64,000 nucleotides of DNA from Chiloscyllium plagiosum. Taxonomy: Eukaryota. The first letter of the stretch is position 1. The number at the start of each line of letters is the position of its first letter. The position numbers were made by a program, and so were the translations under genes. Below the pieces are notes generated by a model. The model ran no database searches and was not told the origin of the DNA. It saw only the letters and a list, made by a program, of their open reading frames with translations. The stretch lies in assembly GCF_004010195.1 (NCBI RefSeq), contig NC_057718.1, positions 86,667,860 to 86,731,859 on the forward strand. Direction: 5' to 3'. Shown piece by piece: positions 12,951 to 26,825 of the stretch.

Positions 12951-15059
12951 ACTGTCCAATAGAAATTGTCTTTGCAAATACCTGATGTTTATCAAACTAA
13001 TAGAAAGAAATGTGTATGACCATGGAGTTCTCGTGTTCCTTGATTATTGATACCTTGCCCTTCTTTGTAACTGTTAACATATGTTAATATATTATTACAT
13101 AGCACATGATGTTATAGAGCAAGAGGCTCAGAGCTGTACAAGATCCTCCTTACTGGAACTTTAGCACATGACCACTGAGGTCATAGTGCTTACCTTGGAG
13201 ATTATTATTAAACCCTATCACCATTTTCCCCCAACTCCACTCCTTTTCCAATTCTCAATAGGCATAGCTATGGTTGCAACGTCACCATCTCCTCCAACAG
13301 TCTGTTTTTCACAGTTTCAAATGTTGAGGAAATCTCACAATCCTCGCTGAACTGATCATTCAAAATAGGGTCAGAGAACAATACAAGAAGGCTGTCCTTG
13401 AACTGTGTTTTTAGGAGCTGATGCAAGTATAAAAGGGTGAGTAGCAATGACCCTAAGTTCATAGCACTGAAAGGACGGTGGCAGTGGGTCACTGTTTCAG
13501 ATTGATGACAAGTGGGGGCTCCTCAAGAAGGCACCACTTCCACTGGTTACTTTCATCTCTTCCACCATACTCTAGTGAAAAGAGATCTGACAATGAAAGA
13601 TTACTGTAATGGTGAAGTCGTACCACTGAAGAAGCACTGAGGTGTATAGAAACATAGGAACATCAAAAATAGGAACAGTAGTAGGCCATTCAGCCCTTTG
13701 AGTCTGCACCACCATTCGGTACCTCATGGTTGATCATCCAATTCAGTACCCTGTTCCCAGTTTTACCCCAGACCATTTGATCCATTTATCCCTAAGAGTT
13801 ATATCTATCACCTTCTTGAAAACATTAGAAGTTCTGGCCATGTAAAAATGCAGGAAGCCTGACTGGAAAGGAACATCGTTTATTGTTGATCACCAAAATC
13901 GAGCCGAGTCTGCTTTTTTTAAAATCCAGAAATGTTTTCACACGCAACTGAGCATTTGTTTTTCCAATCACTGTGGAATTTTCTTTCTAGCTATTACCCA
14001 CTTGAGTTGGCTTTATATATTTTCCAATCAACCTGTCCAGAGACATTACTTCACATCTCTGGAATAGGTGGGATTTGAACTTGACCCTCATAGCTCAAAG
14101 GTACAAGAGCCCTAAAATCTTGTCACAAACATATAGCTCCAGTGAAAATACAGAGAAGTGAAGTCTTGGCTGGAGGCCAGTATGAGGATTGAACCCTTGA
14201 GTGTGGCAGTGTTAGCACCACATTCTAACAATCTGAGCTAAATGCCCATTGGGCTCACTTTATAAAGGGTTCAAGTGACGACTTCCTATGAGCTGGACAA
14301 GTAATTGCTTGTAACCAGGGAACTCATACTCAATGAGCTCCACAGGAAGATTAATTAGTGATTCCCCTGCGCCTTAAAGATGTTCTCGCATCCCTCCATC
14401 TCCAAGTCTGAGGGATCTTCCTTGCTCCTGGGACAATGTGGCCTCCTGTGATATTTTGCCCATGGCCCCACTCCTGTTGCTTTCCAGGTCTGATCGAGTG
14501 GTGCATAATAAGTGGGTGAACATCTCTTCTGTGAAGACCATCGAAGAGTCACTGCAGGGGGCTCATCCTCGGTGGCATGTCCATTGAGGGCTCCTGCTGG
14601 TGTTGGTCAATGTGATCATTTTTTGCAATTTTCCGCCCAGTTGCACCTACAATACCTCACATTTATCCACATTATACTTCATCTCCCATGTATTTATCCA
14701 TTCACTCAACTTGTCCAATTCACACTGAAACATTTCCGCATCCTTCTCCCAGCTCAACTTCCAATCCAGCTTTGTGTTATCTGCAAAACCATTGACCCTA
14801 ATGACCTTCTATTCAGAACAATATTCAGCCTGAAAGAATAGAAGGCCAGGAAATGGTTCAGTCATTAATGTGGAGTTTGGAAAGAAAGGAATTGAATGAG
14901 AGAGGGTGTAGGCTGGAAAGTGACAGCCATTGCTATCGCTACATTTTAAGACACAACTACAGTTGTGAATTAACTCGCTTATTTTACATTTAGCTCTATG
15001 TCTAACTGATCCCTGATCCTGGACTTGCTTCAGCTTCTTACATATCTAAAGTTATGGTC

Positions 15060-16640
15060 ATAAGAAATAGGAGCACGATTAAGCCACACATCTCATTAAT
15101 CCTGCTCTGGTTTTTCCCATCCATCTTGCAATAAAAACTAGCATTCCATTTGCCTTCCTAGGTATTTGCTATGCGTGTCTTCAAACTTCTGTGATTTCAA
15201 ATACAAAACATGCAAATTCCTCTGTATCACAGCATTTTGCAATCTCTCTCTCATTAAGTGATACTCTGCTTTTCTGTTCTTCCTGCCAAAGTGAAAAACA
15301 TCACATTTTCCCATATTAAACACCATCTGTCAATATTTTTGCCCACTCATGTCAACTATCTATAATCCTTTGCAGATTCTTCATATCCATCTCACAATTT
15401 GCTTTCAACCTATCTTTGTGCCATCAGCAAATATGGCCATAATACCACCTGTTTCAACATCCAAGCTATTAGCATAGATCATAAATAGTTGAGATTCCAA
15501 CATTGATCCCTGTGGCAGAGTACTGGTTACAGTCTGCCAACCTCAAAATGATCCATTCATGCTGACTGTGTTTCCCATCAGTTAGCCAATTCTCTATTTG
15601 TACTGCTATGTTACCCCCAAAACCACGCTCTTAACTTGTTCAGTAACAAGATGGCAGCTTACTGAATGTCGCTTGAAAATCCAAAGACACTGCATCCATT
15701 GATTCCCTTTATCTATTATCCTTGTTACATCCTTGATGAACTCTTACAAAACCACATTGACTCTGCCTGATTGCGTTATGATTTTCTAAAAGTCTTGCTA
15801 TTAACCTCTTTAATAATAATGGGCACGCCCATTTTCACAATGGAAGGGACTAAGCCAACTAGCCTATACTTTCCTGCTTACAGTCTACCTCTTTTCTTGA
15901 ATATTGGTTCTGCTTTCCACAGGGTCATTTCCACAATAGAGTCATAGANNNNNNNNNNNNNNNNNNNNNNNNNNNNNNNNNNNNNNNNNNNNNNNNNNNN
16001 NNNNNNNNNNNNNNNNNNNNNNNNNNNNNNNNNNNNNNNNNNNNNNNNNNNNNNNNNNNNNNNNNNNNNNNNNNNNNNNNNNNNNNNNNNNNNNNNNNNN
16101 NNNNNNNNNNNNNNNNNNNNNNNNNNNNNNNNNNNNNNNNNNNNNNNNNNNNNNNNNNNNNNNNNNNNNNNNNNNNNNNNNNNNNNNNNNNNNNNNNNNN
16201 NNNNNNNNNNNNNNNNNNNNNNNNNNNNNNNNNNNNNNNNNNNNNNNNNNNNNNNNNNNNNNNNNNNNNNNNNNNNNNNNNNNNNNNNNNNNNNNNNNNN
16301 NNNNNNNNNNNNNNNNNNNNNNNNNNNNNNNNNNNNNNNNNNNNNNNNNNNNNNNNNNNNNNNNNNNNNNNNNNNNNNNNNNNNNNNNNNNNNNNNNNNN
16401 NNNNNNNNNNNNNNNNNNNNNTATAAGTCCTGATAAGATTTGCTTTCCCAAAATGCAGCACCTCACATTTATCTGAATTAAACTCCATCTGCCACTTCTC
16501 AGCCCATTGGCCCATCTGGTCAAGATTCTGTTGTAATCTGAAGTAACCATCTTCGCTGTGCACTACACCTCCAATTATGGTGTTATCTGCAAGATTTGCT
16601 TTCCCAAAATAGGGAATTTTGAAAGATTACAACCAAAGAA
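15060..16640 (-). mobile_element. CR1 RT fragments; a younger CR1 spans the gap
   Basis: FNMGKCDVFHFG and WQMEFNSDKCEVLHFG motifs. Confidence 0.75.
15949..16421. other. Assembly gap (473 N)
   Basis: N run. Confidence 1.
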
Positions 16641-16699
16641 TCTCCACTTGAAAGACACTTCTATATGAAGGGTTTCTTTTTCCTAAGGGTGTCCTTTCA

Positions 16700-17460
16700 G
16701 GAACCATCTTGCTGCACTTGGTGGTGCTCTCCTGTTTTTTGAAAGAGTTTTGCGTTGATATCCTCTTAAAACAATAGAGAGTTGTACACTAGTTCCTCAA
16801 ATCTTTTGGCAACATCACTGTTTAGGTTTTAATTTCTCAACTCACTGAAATAGCTTGGACTTACAAAGGAAAAACTGATTGAATTCCTCATTATTAGGAC
16901 ACACGGTCAGCACCAGCCTGTTCTGGACCTTGTGGTAAACAATAGCTTCAGATTCCGGAAGATTCCTTCCCAGATTACCAAGCTGAGATAGGCTTGAAAC
17001 TGTCCCAGTGTAGTCATCATATTCTAAGTCACCATACTAATGGAGTAAGAACCCAATCTCCAGGCCACATGCCAACCATTACTTTGTTCCCATGAAGCAA
17101 CTGGAAACATCAGACCAGATTAGCTGCTACCAAGATCACAGTCCTACCAGGATCAGTCAGCACTGTGACCTCTTTAGCATTAAATTAATGGGTTTTAAAA
17201 TTAAAATAGTGGCCTCTACTTGGCTCAGTTTGAACTAGACTGAACCAACCCTCCTCAGGGATAGGCTTCCAGTTTTCTCAGTTACAGTCCATAGGTTCTC
17301 AATGGTAGGATTCCTTCACCTGCCACAACTCTAATGCCTTGGCAAACTACCAACATTTGTATCCTTTATTAAAGAAATATTGTTGAAACTTTCTACTATG
17401 CCTCAGCACATACTCTGCCCAGGTAGCTTTACTGGGGTCCCCATTAGGAGGGCCCATCTT
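16700..17460 (-). mobile_element. Possible very decayed Gypsy gag remnant
   Basis: DPSKATWAEY..KFQQYF resembles Gypsy gag N-termini (FDP..W..Y.ER..YF); weak. Confidence 0.3.
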
Positions 17461-19819
17461 TTTACTCACAACCTTGTTCCCCCTACTACAGGATGCCAGT
17501 TTTCTGTAGGCACCAACAGCTGAACCTGGACTTGCCCTCCTTGTCCCATGCACCTTCCACTATTTCGGAGATAAGCAAGCAGATAATCTTCACTGGTTTA
17601 TTTGTCTCATCCTGCAGCCACTGCCACAGCTGGTCTACCAGGAGAAGGCATCTCTCTGCTTCATAGACTGAAGTTTGAAATCTTCAGGTTCTCATCAAGA
17701 GGGTTATTGAAAGATTTCCCCTTCAGCAGCTGGTAATCAGCCATATCCATCAATTCCATCTTTTGGGCATCTCTGACTAAAATATAAAGGAGCCAGGATC
17801 CCTTTCCATTGTTCTTTCTACCATTTCTCTAACTCTGCACTACCAGGTAGGCTGCAAGATCTGTCACATTGGATTCTCCCAACACCAGTCTCTGTAACAA
17901 ATATTGAATTGAAGCCTTAGTTTCTCCCAGTCATCCACAGTAATCCAATTTCTTTCTTTCTGGAGTTCTAGAACTTTCCTTGTTTCCTCTGGTTAAGGTT
18001 TTAATTCTCTTATGAGATGTAGTCACCACAGGCAAGGTCTGTATTTGGTGCCCATTCCCAATTGCTTTTCAGAAGGTGTTAATGAGCTGCCTTTGTGTAC
18101 TGCTGCAGTCCAGCTGGTTTAACTTTTCTGCAGTGACTAGGTCAAAATGAGTGGCTTTCTGGGCTATTTCACAGGGCAGTTAAAAGTCAACCATCTTGCT
18201 GTAGGCCAGGCCAGGTCTTCTTGAGTCCTTGATGATTGCTTGGCCAAATTGTCAAAATGCCATGAGACTATGGGTATGCCTTGAATCTATCCCAGTCAGA
18301 ATGGGGACTGAACCTTGTGTTGATGGTGTGAATCTGATCCAAACATTGGTCATCTAGCAACACTACCCACCAACATCCAAATCAAGTAAAGATGAAAGTT
18401 CCTTCCCCAAAGGGCATTTGTGAGCCAGAACTACAACAGCTTATACAACACAGATAGTTCTATGGTCACTATTACTAAGACTAGCTTTCAATTTGAGCTT
18501 TATTACATTTAAATTTTACTATAGCCCTCAGAACATCTACCTGGATCACTGAGTTATTAAGCCAGCAACATTGCCACTATGCCACCATCACCTCTGCTAA
18601 TTTTCCCTCTGTGAATGCTCTCAGAATTTCTTTCACGTTAGTAATTCTTAAACTCTCACAGAGAAATCTCTCTCCCCACAAGTGGAGTAAGCTCAAGTCA
18701 GCTCAGAAATCCAGTTCTCAATTACATTCACAATGTAGATCTTGAAACAATTGAGGTTTATTCGTCACCACTGATGTGATTTGATGTTCTATCACAAATT
18801 CTTTGCAAATTGTTATGGCACAAAGGCAACCAAATCAGCCTTTCTACACCTGTATTTGCAACATAGTAAAATTAAATCTTTGAAAATTCCCAATAGTCAC
18901 TCCAATGGGCCTTAACCAGACTTTTGAATAACCAATCCCAGACTTTGTTAGTCATTAATTCCAGACTTCAGCTTTGTATCTCAAACAAAAGACTTACCTC
19001 TTTATTAAATATACAATACCTTTAGCAAAGGAAAGTTAAGCAACAAGGGAAGCTGATTAATGTCTGTGCCTTAAACCCGAAACATCTGTTTTCAGTCTCC
19101 TTTTACCGTCAAGATTTAAGGGATAAATGAAAGAAAATAATGGAACTGATCAGATTAAAAAGGCATTCATGCTGTATTGTTTTACAAACATGGATGTGGA
19201 GTTCTTGCTTGCTTTTCTGAAATTTTGACTGGTTCACCTTCACAGTTCACTCGGTACAGGTAGCATTATGTCTACCTCAGCTTTTTTACTCTTTGGACTC
19301 TGGTGTGAGATGAGGCGGGGAGCTTCAAATCTTCATGCTGTGTTGTCAACATGACTCCTCCAAAAACATAGTTTAAAAACTTATCTTCAATTCTGGTTCT
19401 GTCCTGAAAGACTGGTCACCTCTTCACAAGACCTCAATTGCCATTCAACAATTGCCATCTAATTGAACATAGGGTCTGTCCCAGACTTGTCAGAAGCAGT
19501 TCCCATGTCCTGACCTTGTTAACAGCCCAAAGTTTGCTTTCTGTTTAAATATAATGCTTTTTCTGGGGTTGCTGTGTCTGTTAGAATCTTTTTAATCGAG
19601 GCTCAGCCTGCAACTCGTCTCTAGGTCTGACTTCACAAACAAACAAAGCCTGCTTGGTCTGTTCTTTCCCTTTTACCTTTTACAAGTTATCCCAAAGTCC
19701 ACAATTCCAGCTCACAATTCCCAGTTCAACAAACCAAAACTGATAAAAGAATACAACTAAAAATAATGAAAAGATCAGTGAGGGTTCTGATACAACCTAC
19801 TTCCTTTTCAGAGCAGATC

Positions 19820-19888
19820 TTGTTTTATTCTTACAAGTTGTGGGTCACTCCAAATTGAAGTGACCCACAACCTGTAAGAATAAAACAA
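19820..19888. repeat. 34-bp inverted repeat with 1-nt spacer
   Basis: ttgttttattcttacaagttgtgggtcactccaa / ttgaagtgacccacaacctgtaagaataaaacaa, 2 mismatches. Confidence 0.9.
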
Positions 19889-21820
19889 CCTTAACATTTT
19901 CTTTTAAACTTGAATCCTATCTTGGGTAAACAAATCACAAGGTACAATGGGTTATATTTGATCCGTTTTTTAGCAGCGTTTCAGAACTATGATGGATTTC
20001 AACATATTAAACAGGTGGAAACAGTTTGCATTAAGGGGTAACATAGTAATCAGAAGTTACAGAATAAAGATAATTGATTATAAAACCAGAAGAAGGATGA
20101 GTTTTTTTTAAGTACAATTTTGAATGCACTGCCTGTAAAGGTGATGGTATTCAATAATGACACAATTATATTCCGAAGAGAATTAGGTAAGTATTTGAAA
20201 AGGGATGGGTATAAGAAACATGCAGGGTGTGGTAAAAGTAACAGAGTGGGAATACTTGATGCTCTTTCAAAGAGACCAACACTGGTACAATAGACTGAAT
20301 GGCCTGTTTATCTTCTGTATGGTCTTGCTATTCTGTGGTACAGCTTGGAGTGAGATGTTGATGGGAGAATGAATATTGAGAATTCTGTAGGATTGCACAA
20401 TTCTGCTCCTTAAACATCACATAGCTAGTGATGTTTACTTGCACAAGTTGTCCATCAGGACCTGACAAATTGAAATGATGGATAATTATAAAGCTCAAAC
20501 ACATAATCTTCTCCTTGTGAGCTGTGAATTCAACTGTACACAGTGATTTAGTGCGATTAAGCTTCACTTAGAACTGAAACATCTCAACAGCTACTGCCTA
20601 ATGAACAGGAATTGAATGTCCAATATTTATTTTTGCATGATGAAATACCTTCTATTTGTAAATACTAACTCAAATTGAACAGTTGCTGCTTTGCAAGATA
20701 CACTCTGGATATATACCTCTTATTTAATACAACTAGGTATTCAAAAGAATAAAACATCTCATGTGTGTGTACAACCCTTGTCAACTTTGGCTATTATGAT
20801 CCCCATATCTGCATTTATGTTGAAACTATTTGTGTGAATGTGTAAAGCTTTAATTATATACTTCTGCCTGGGGAGGCATTGGCATGACTTTGACATTGGC
20901 AACAAAGCGTAATTAGAATGGCTGCCTTCTATTGGCAATCCATCATTAATGCAAACATGGGAATTGCAAATGGAAATGTAAGGATATGGCTTTAAAATAG
21001 GGACTCTTTTATTTAGTCAGGAGATATTAGAATCCCTACCAATTCAATAAATTATTGCTCATCCTAAATGCCTTTGAGAAAGTGGTGATGGGTCATGTGT
21101 TGTAATTTATATGGTGAAGGTAATCTCACAGACTGAATAACAACTGTGCACTAGAATAGTTGTCACTTACTCTCAAATGTATGTCACCTGGAGTTGACCC
21201 ATTTCTGATATGTGTCTGGGATGATACCATTAGCAATGTCCCACTTATTCCTATCCCTGGTTTCCCTGAGAATGCAATGATGATCCTTTGCAGTTGTATT
21301 GGTAATGAATGTTTTGGAGTGAGAATTCCAAAACTTTGACATAACAATGATGAAAAGGCAGCCATTACATGTCCATGTCAGGATGTTACCTGAATTGGAG
21401 AGTCTGACAATGTTCCAATAATGTTACTGCTTTGTCCTTCCAACTGATTGCTATTGAACTAATAGTAACTGCACTGCATTCTATCAATTGTAAACAAAGC
21501 ATGCCAATGATGGACTCAGTGAATGTCTCATTCAGTGGCAAGGTCCCGATGGTGTTGTGGCTATTGAGTGTCCTTGCAGTCACACCCATCCAGGCATTTA
21601 ACGCATATTCCATTACACTCCTCACTTGAGCTTTATAGTCAGTGCGGAGGTTTTGAGAGGTCTAAATGTCAGGCACTTCCATAACTTGTAGAGTATCCAA
21701 CTTCTGCCTTGTTCTGGTGTCCACAATGTTGACTAACTAAATCCTTAGAAACTTGTGTCCTCCATAAGATGTTGATGGGATACTCTTGAAGGCCAGTGGT
21801 AATAGTTAGTCGTGTTAGAT

Positions 21821-22028
21821 GTAGTTAAAAATCACACAATACCAGGTTATAGTCCAACAGATTTACTTGGAAGTACTAGCTTTCAGAGCGCTGCTCCTTC
21901 TAGCTACCTGATGAAGGAGCAACACTCCGAAAGCTAGTGCTTCCAAATAAATCTGTTGGACTATAATCTGGTGTTGTCTGATTTTTAACTTTGTCCACCC
22001 CAGTCGAACACTGGCACTTCCACATCAT
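21821..22028. mobile_element. Family-B Penelope-derived fold-back mini-element with a hammerhead at 21905-21939 (+)
   Basis: Same termini as 9139-9632; TSD TGTTAGAT at 21813-21820 and 22029-22036; core UAC-CUGAUGA-A-GGAGC-AAC-ACUCC-GAA-AGCU-A-GUG. Confidence 0.8.
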
Positions 22029-23323
22029 TGTTAGATTGTAGTCATTGCCTATATTTCTCTACCCAGGCATGGATAGGCTTGGTGCTTCATGGTTAAAGAT
22101 AGCAATATCAATATAACATTTATTGCTTAGTTCTGTATTGTCTTCTTGACTAATATGGTAAAGCTACAGAACTTTGTACTCATCCAAAGATTGTTTAGAG
22201 ATGTCCATACCATGCTACTGCTGATGTTTAGCAGAGAGGTAGCCTTCTGCCTCATCTAAATCATGGCCAGTCTTTCTTCTTTGCATTATAAATGAATAGG
22301 ACAAAATGCTTGCTCTTTAGAAAACCTGCTTGATTATAGATTGTCATATGCAGAAGACCTGTGCTGCCAGAACAACTGTTCTCCTTACCCATGGCAATGA
22401 TGGTGTCAACCCATGATAACTCTTCACATGCACAGCAAGTTCATTAAATATTGGCTGCTTAGCCAATCGATCCAATAGTACATCAATTCAAATTGTTAAA
22501 CTGTCACTTCCCTATTTAGAATTTGTTGAGCCATCAACTTGTTTACATACTTTCTGCATTTTTAAACAAATTTATTTATATTCCATTGCACACGGCTTTA
22601 CTTTGTAACAACTTCAAAGATGGCTCCATGTATTAGATTAGAAGATCATTGCTCTTTGAAACATTGGTTAATAATGTACCTACTGATGTTCTGAAGCTAC
22701 TGATTCAGGAATTGTCCTGTTGTTTTGGAAAATTGCTATTGTCACTCTATTATTAAAGAAAAGTAGGAGAGATAAACACACAAATTACAGACTGTTTAGT
22801 CTTTATGTCTATCGTGGGGAAGTTTACTAGTACTTTACATTAGTCAATAGGTTGTCTCCAAATCCACCCACTATTATATTTATTCATGGTCTGTTTGGTG
22901 GAAATCGATGGAAAAACATCTGGAATTCCATATAAATAAACATTCCACAAACATTCCCTTATCTGTCTCATTGGTTACCTCCTCAAAAAAATTAATTTGA
23001 TTCATTAGGTATGATTTATACATATATGCTGGCTCATTCTGATCAGTTCATTTCTCTGCATTTCTCAGGTTCCATTAATGAGGCTTGTGTTCTTCATATA
23101 TAGAAAACTAAGGCGATAATGCAATTCTAATTTGAAAGATTATTAATGGATTTGATCAGTTAAATAGAACAATTTGCTGAAGTGGGGAATTTTAGAAGAG
23201 GGTGAGCATATCTTAAAATTAAGCCAGGCCTTTCGGGGTGATCTCAAGGTGCACATCTGCACAAATAAGTGTAATTAAAATCTGAAGTTCTGTCCTTAAA
23301 AGACACTGGGCAATTGAAATTAT

Positions 23324-23452
23324 TAGGTGAATGTGAGGACTGCAGATGCTGGAGATTAGAGTCGAGGATGTGGTGCTGGAAAAGCAGAGCAGGTCAGGCA
23401 GCATCTGAGGAGCAGGAGAATCGACGTTTCGGGCAAAGGCATCAGGAATCAG
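23324..23452 (-). mobile_element. Family-A Penelope-derived mini-element, hammerhead partly deleted
   Basis: Homology to 800-1005; near-TSD AATTG(A/G)AATTAT at 23312-23323 and 23453-23464. Confidence 0.7.
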
Positions 23453-24949
23453 AATTGGAATTATAAGACTAGTCGACTTATCAGTTATTGTTAGGGAACC
23501 AAGGCAAGTGGAGTGGGTTTAACAACCATGATTGAATGAATGGGGAAATAGCTCAGGGGGTTTCTGAATTGCCAACTCCTCATAGTTTTATTCCTTATAA
23601 AGATACGCTTGATTCAGCCTTACTGATTCAGTGGCTAACTTCAATAAAGCACACCAACTTTCCAGCACCCTGCACTCATTGTAAATTGCAAATTATTTGG
23701 ATTAAGTGCAAAAGACTAAAATAGAGATTAATTTGTTTGTGTGTGCGAGTTTAGAAGATTATTACTACCCTGTTCCTCAGATAGGAGTTAAAATTGTATT
23801 ACATTAATGTGGTTTTGTATTGTTCAGGAGTGTTTCATCCGCCCTATGTCAGATTTTATTTTAATATCAGAGATGAAAGGGCTACATGACTAATGGAGGA
23901 GTGCCACATGTTTTCCTCCTCTGAGCCATGTTTTTGAATCAAAACAACAGGTAATATGAGGATAATATAGACATTAGAATTCACAACTGAATAGAGCTTG
24001 AATATCTAAATGCTATTGCAACTGTGCACAAATTACAGCCCACATTCAGAATACCAACTGGCATTGCAGAACATAAACCCTGCCATGCCTGCTGCTAGTC
24101 TTAGTGTGCTCATTATTTTCTCTTAAAATTTTAACACAGTCACTTACCAATCTAAAACATTAAATGGGCGAAGGAATGTTGTTAGATCACTGGATCATTT
24201 CTAACCTTCTTACCTTATGCATTACCTCCCTTGTATCTTAGATAAATTACAGAGATGAGTCCCAACTTCTACTTCATTACAAATATCAATCTTTGCTTGA
24301 GAGTTAAGGAATGTGTTGGTAAAGCACATTCTGTCTCATGATTGATTTTAATTAATATCTTTATCGCAGACAGAAGACATGTTTTGTCAAAGGCTTCTAT
24401 CTTGCATTTGTCATTCACGAGAAGCATCAAAGAAAGGGATAAATCACCTTTATGATATGTGAGAGGAGAGTTCACACACACAACCTAAATGTTGCTCTTC
24501 CTTTAGATCAATATTCCTGTGAAGTGTCCTGATGACTGCACTATGACAAACGTCGATAAAACGTGTCACTTTTCAGCAATAATTAAGTCTGTACTATCAA
24601 ACTCCTGATTTCCATAACTTATGTCAGCTTTCAAGTATATTTAACCACAATTTAGAATTAAAGTTGCAAGATAAATTATTTTACTGAAAAAAAAACAAAC
24701 TCTTCCATACAAGTAATAATATTCAGTTACGTTTTTATGGTTTCTTCTACCTAATCCACAAAATGGAAAAAAAAATGCTAACACTATGAGTCTAAACATT
24801 AAGCTAGCTTGTTTCAAATGTATTGTTTGTTAAAATAAACTTCAATCAGGAATTCAATCCCTAAATCTGTATGTTTTACTAATCTCACCTTCACCAAGAT
24901 ATTGGTCATCCCTGCTAACTCTCCTTTATTAGCTTGACATCTTTCTTTT

Positions 24950-25280
24950 AGAACATAGAACATAGAAAAGTGAAGGACAGAACAGGCCCTTCAGCCCACG
25001 ATGTTGTGCCGAGGATTATTCCTAATGTAAAATAAAATAACCTAACCTACGCACCCCTCAACTCACTGCTGTCCATGTGCATGTCCAGCAATTATTTAAA
25101 TGTCCCTAATGTCTCTGCTTCCACACCACCGCTGACAATGCATTCCATACATTCACAGCTCTCTGCATAAAAAAACGTCTCTGATGTCTCCTCTATATTT
25201 TCTTCCTAATATCTTAAAACTATGACCCCTCGTGCCAGTCAGTCCTGCCCTGAGGAAAAGTCTCTGGCTATTAACTCTTC
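24950..25280 (-). mobile_element. CR1 3' fragment
   Basis: (tagaaca)n tail and CR1-like 3' sequence. Confidence 0.7.
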
Positions 25281-25799
25281 TCATATTATGCCTCTGTAAG
25301 CTGCCCTGGAATAGCTTTCTACATAAATGGTGCTACATAAATAATGATGCTTCCTTGGGATTTCAAATTACAAATTTTCTGTTGGATTTCTCCAAATTGT
25401 CCTTGTCAGATTTCCAAACTTCACCACTTCCAAGTCATGGTAAATCAGTTTGCTTTTGCATTTGTATGGAATTACTAGCACTTGCTGAACTTTGAATATC
25501 TCAGCTCCCATAATTCAGAAGAATTGGCAATCATGTTGGCAACTGAGCCAACCACATATTTAAATTTAAGTTCAAATTTAAGTTGTTTCTCTCCTCAGCC
25601 TATAGAAATGTACAACACTGTATTAGGTTAAGCTTGGAAATTGTATTGCTGTTATTTTGATTTTAAAGACTGCTTACATAACTAAATTACAAATTTAAAT
25701 GATAACACCAAAAAGCAAAAGTAATGTATTTCTATTACAACTGTATTAAATTAGTGCACAAAGCATTGCTGTATAATCATGTGAAGTATTTATTGTATG

Positions 25800-26825
25800 A
25801 TGGTTTGTTATACTTCTTTCGTAAAAGTCTACTGTATACGGTGCTCACTTTGTAGTCTCCTCTACATTGGGGAGACCAAATGCTGACTGGGTGACTATTT
25901 TGCAGAACATCTCTGCTCAGTCCATAAGAATGACCCCAACCTTTCAGTTGTTTCCTATTTCAATACACACCATTTTACACTTGTGCTAACATTTCTGCCC
26001 AAGACTTGCTGCAGTGGTCCAGTGAAGCCCAACAGAAGCTGTTGGACAACATTTCCTTTTCTGCTTAAATAATTTACAGCCTTCAGAACTCAACATTTAA
26101 GTTCAACAGCTTCAGAACATTAGATTAGATTACATTACAGTGTGGAAACAGGCCCTTCAGCCCAACAAGTCCACACCGACCCGCCGAAGCGCAACCCACC
26201 CATACCCTACATTCACCTACCCTTACCTAACACTACGGGCAATTTAGTATGGCCAATTCACCTGACCTGCACATCTTTGGACTGTGGGAGGAAACCGGAG
26301 CACCCGGAGGAAACCCACGCAGACACGGGGAGAATGTGCAAACTCCACACAGTCAGTTGCCTGAGGCGGGAATTGAACCCGGGTCTCTGGCGCTGTGAGG
26401 CAGCAGTGCTAACCACTGGGCCACCGTGCCGCCCACAACATGCACACTATCCTTCAATTTGACTACGTTGCTGTCTCCCCAGTATCTTTATATTTGATCT
26501 TAGCAGAGCTGACCTATTTTCTACTATTCGTACCTATTATTAAAGCCTACGTTTGTGTCTAGATTTCTCCTTTTTCCCATTACCACTCCCTTTGTCTTTT
26601 GCTCTATGCACACTCACCATCTGTTCCACTAGCTCCTCCCATCCCTTTGTCAACAGCATAAAAAGTCCACAATTTTCAAAGCCCTGTCAATTCCAGAGAA
26701 GATTCATTGGACACAACAGGTTTTCCCTCTACTTCTCTCTCCACAGATGCTCCCAGACTGATTGAGTTTCTCCAGCACGGTCTGTTTTTTTTTCAGATCT
26801 CCAGCATCTACAGTATTTTTGCTTT
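25800..26825 (+). mobile_element. Penelope-like element 3' fragment (GIY-YIG remnant) interrupted by a SINE
   Basis: CSLLYIGETKC*LGDYFAEHL at ~25850-25915; PLE-type terminus ...ccacagatgct...atctccagcatctacagtattttt at ~26740-26825. Confidence 0.7.
26121..26436 (-). mobile_element. HE1-like tRNA-derived V-domain SINE, full length
   Basis: tRNA A/B boxes, V-domain, (TAGAT)n tail; AACAT flanks. Confidence 0.85.

Noticed and set aside
15925..16563. ORFs of 202-212 aa
   Set aside because: Mostly N gap plus a CR1 RT fragment.
16435..16610. 20-bp direct repeat AAGATTTGCTTTCCCAAAAT (16435-16454, 16591-16610)
   Set aside because: It lies at a CR1 truncation junction beside a gap; probably junction microhomology or an assembly effect.
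18851..19794. Possible solo LTR (TGTAT...ATACA)
   Set aside because: No convincing TSD and no adjacent PBS, PPT or internal sequence.
26142..26462. Recurrent peptide IHLTCTSLDCGRKPEHPEETHADTGR as a protein family
   Set aside because: It is an antisense translation of the SINE V-domain.
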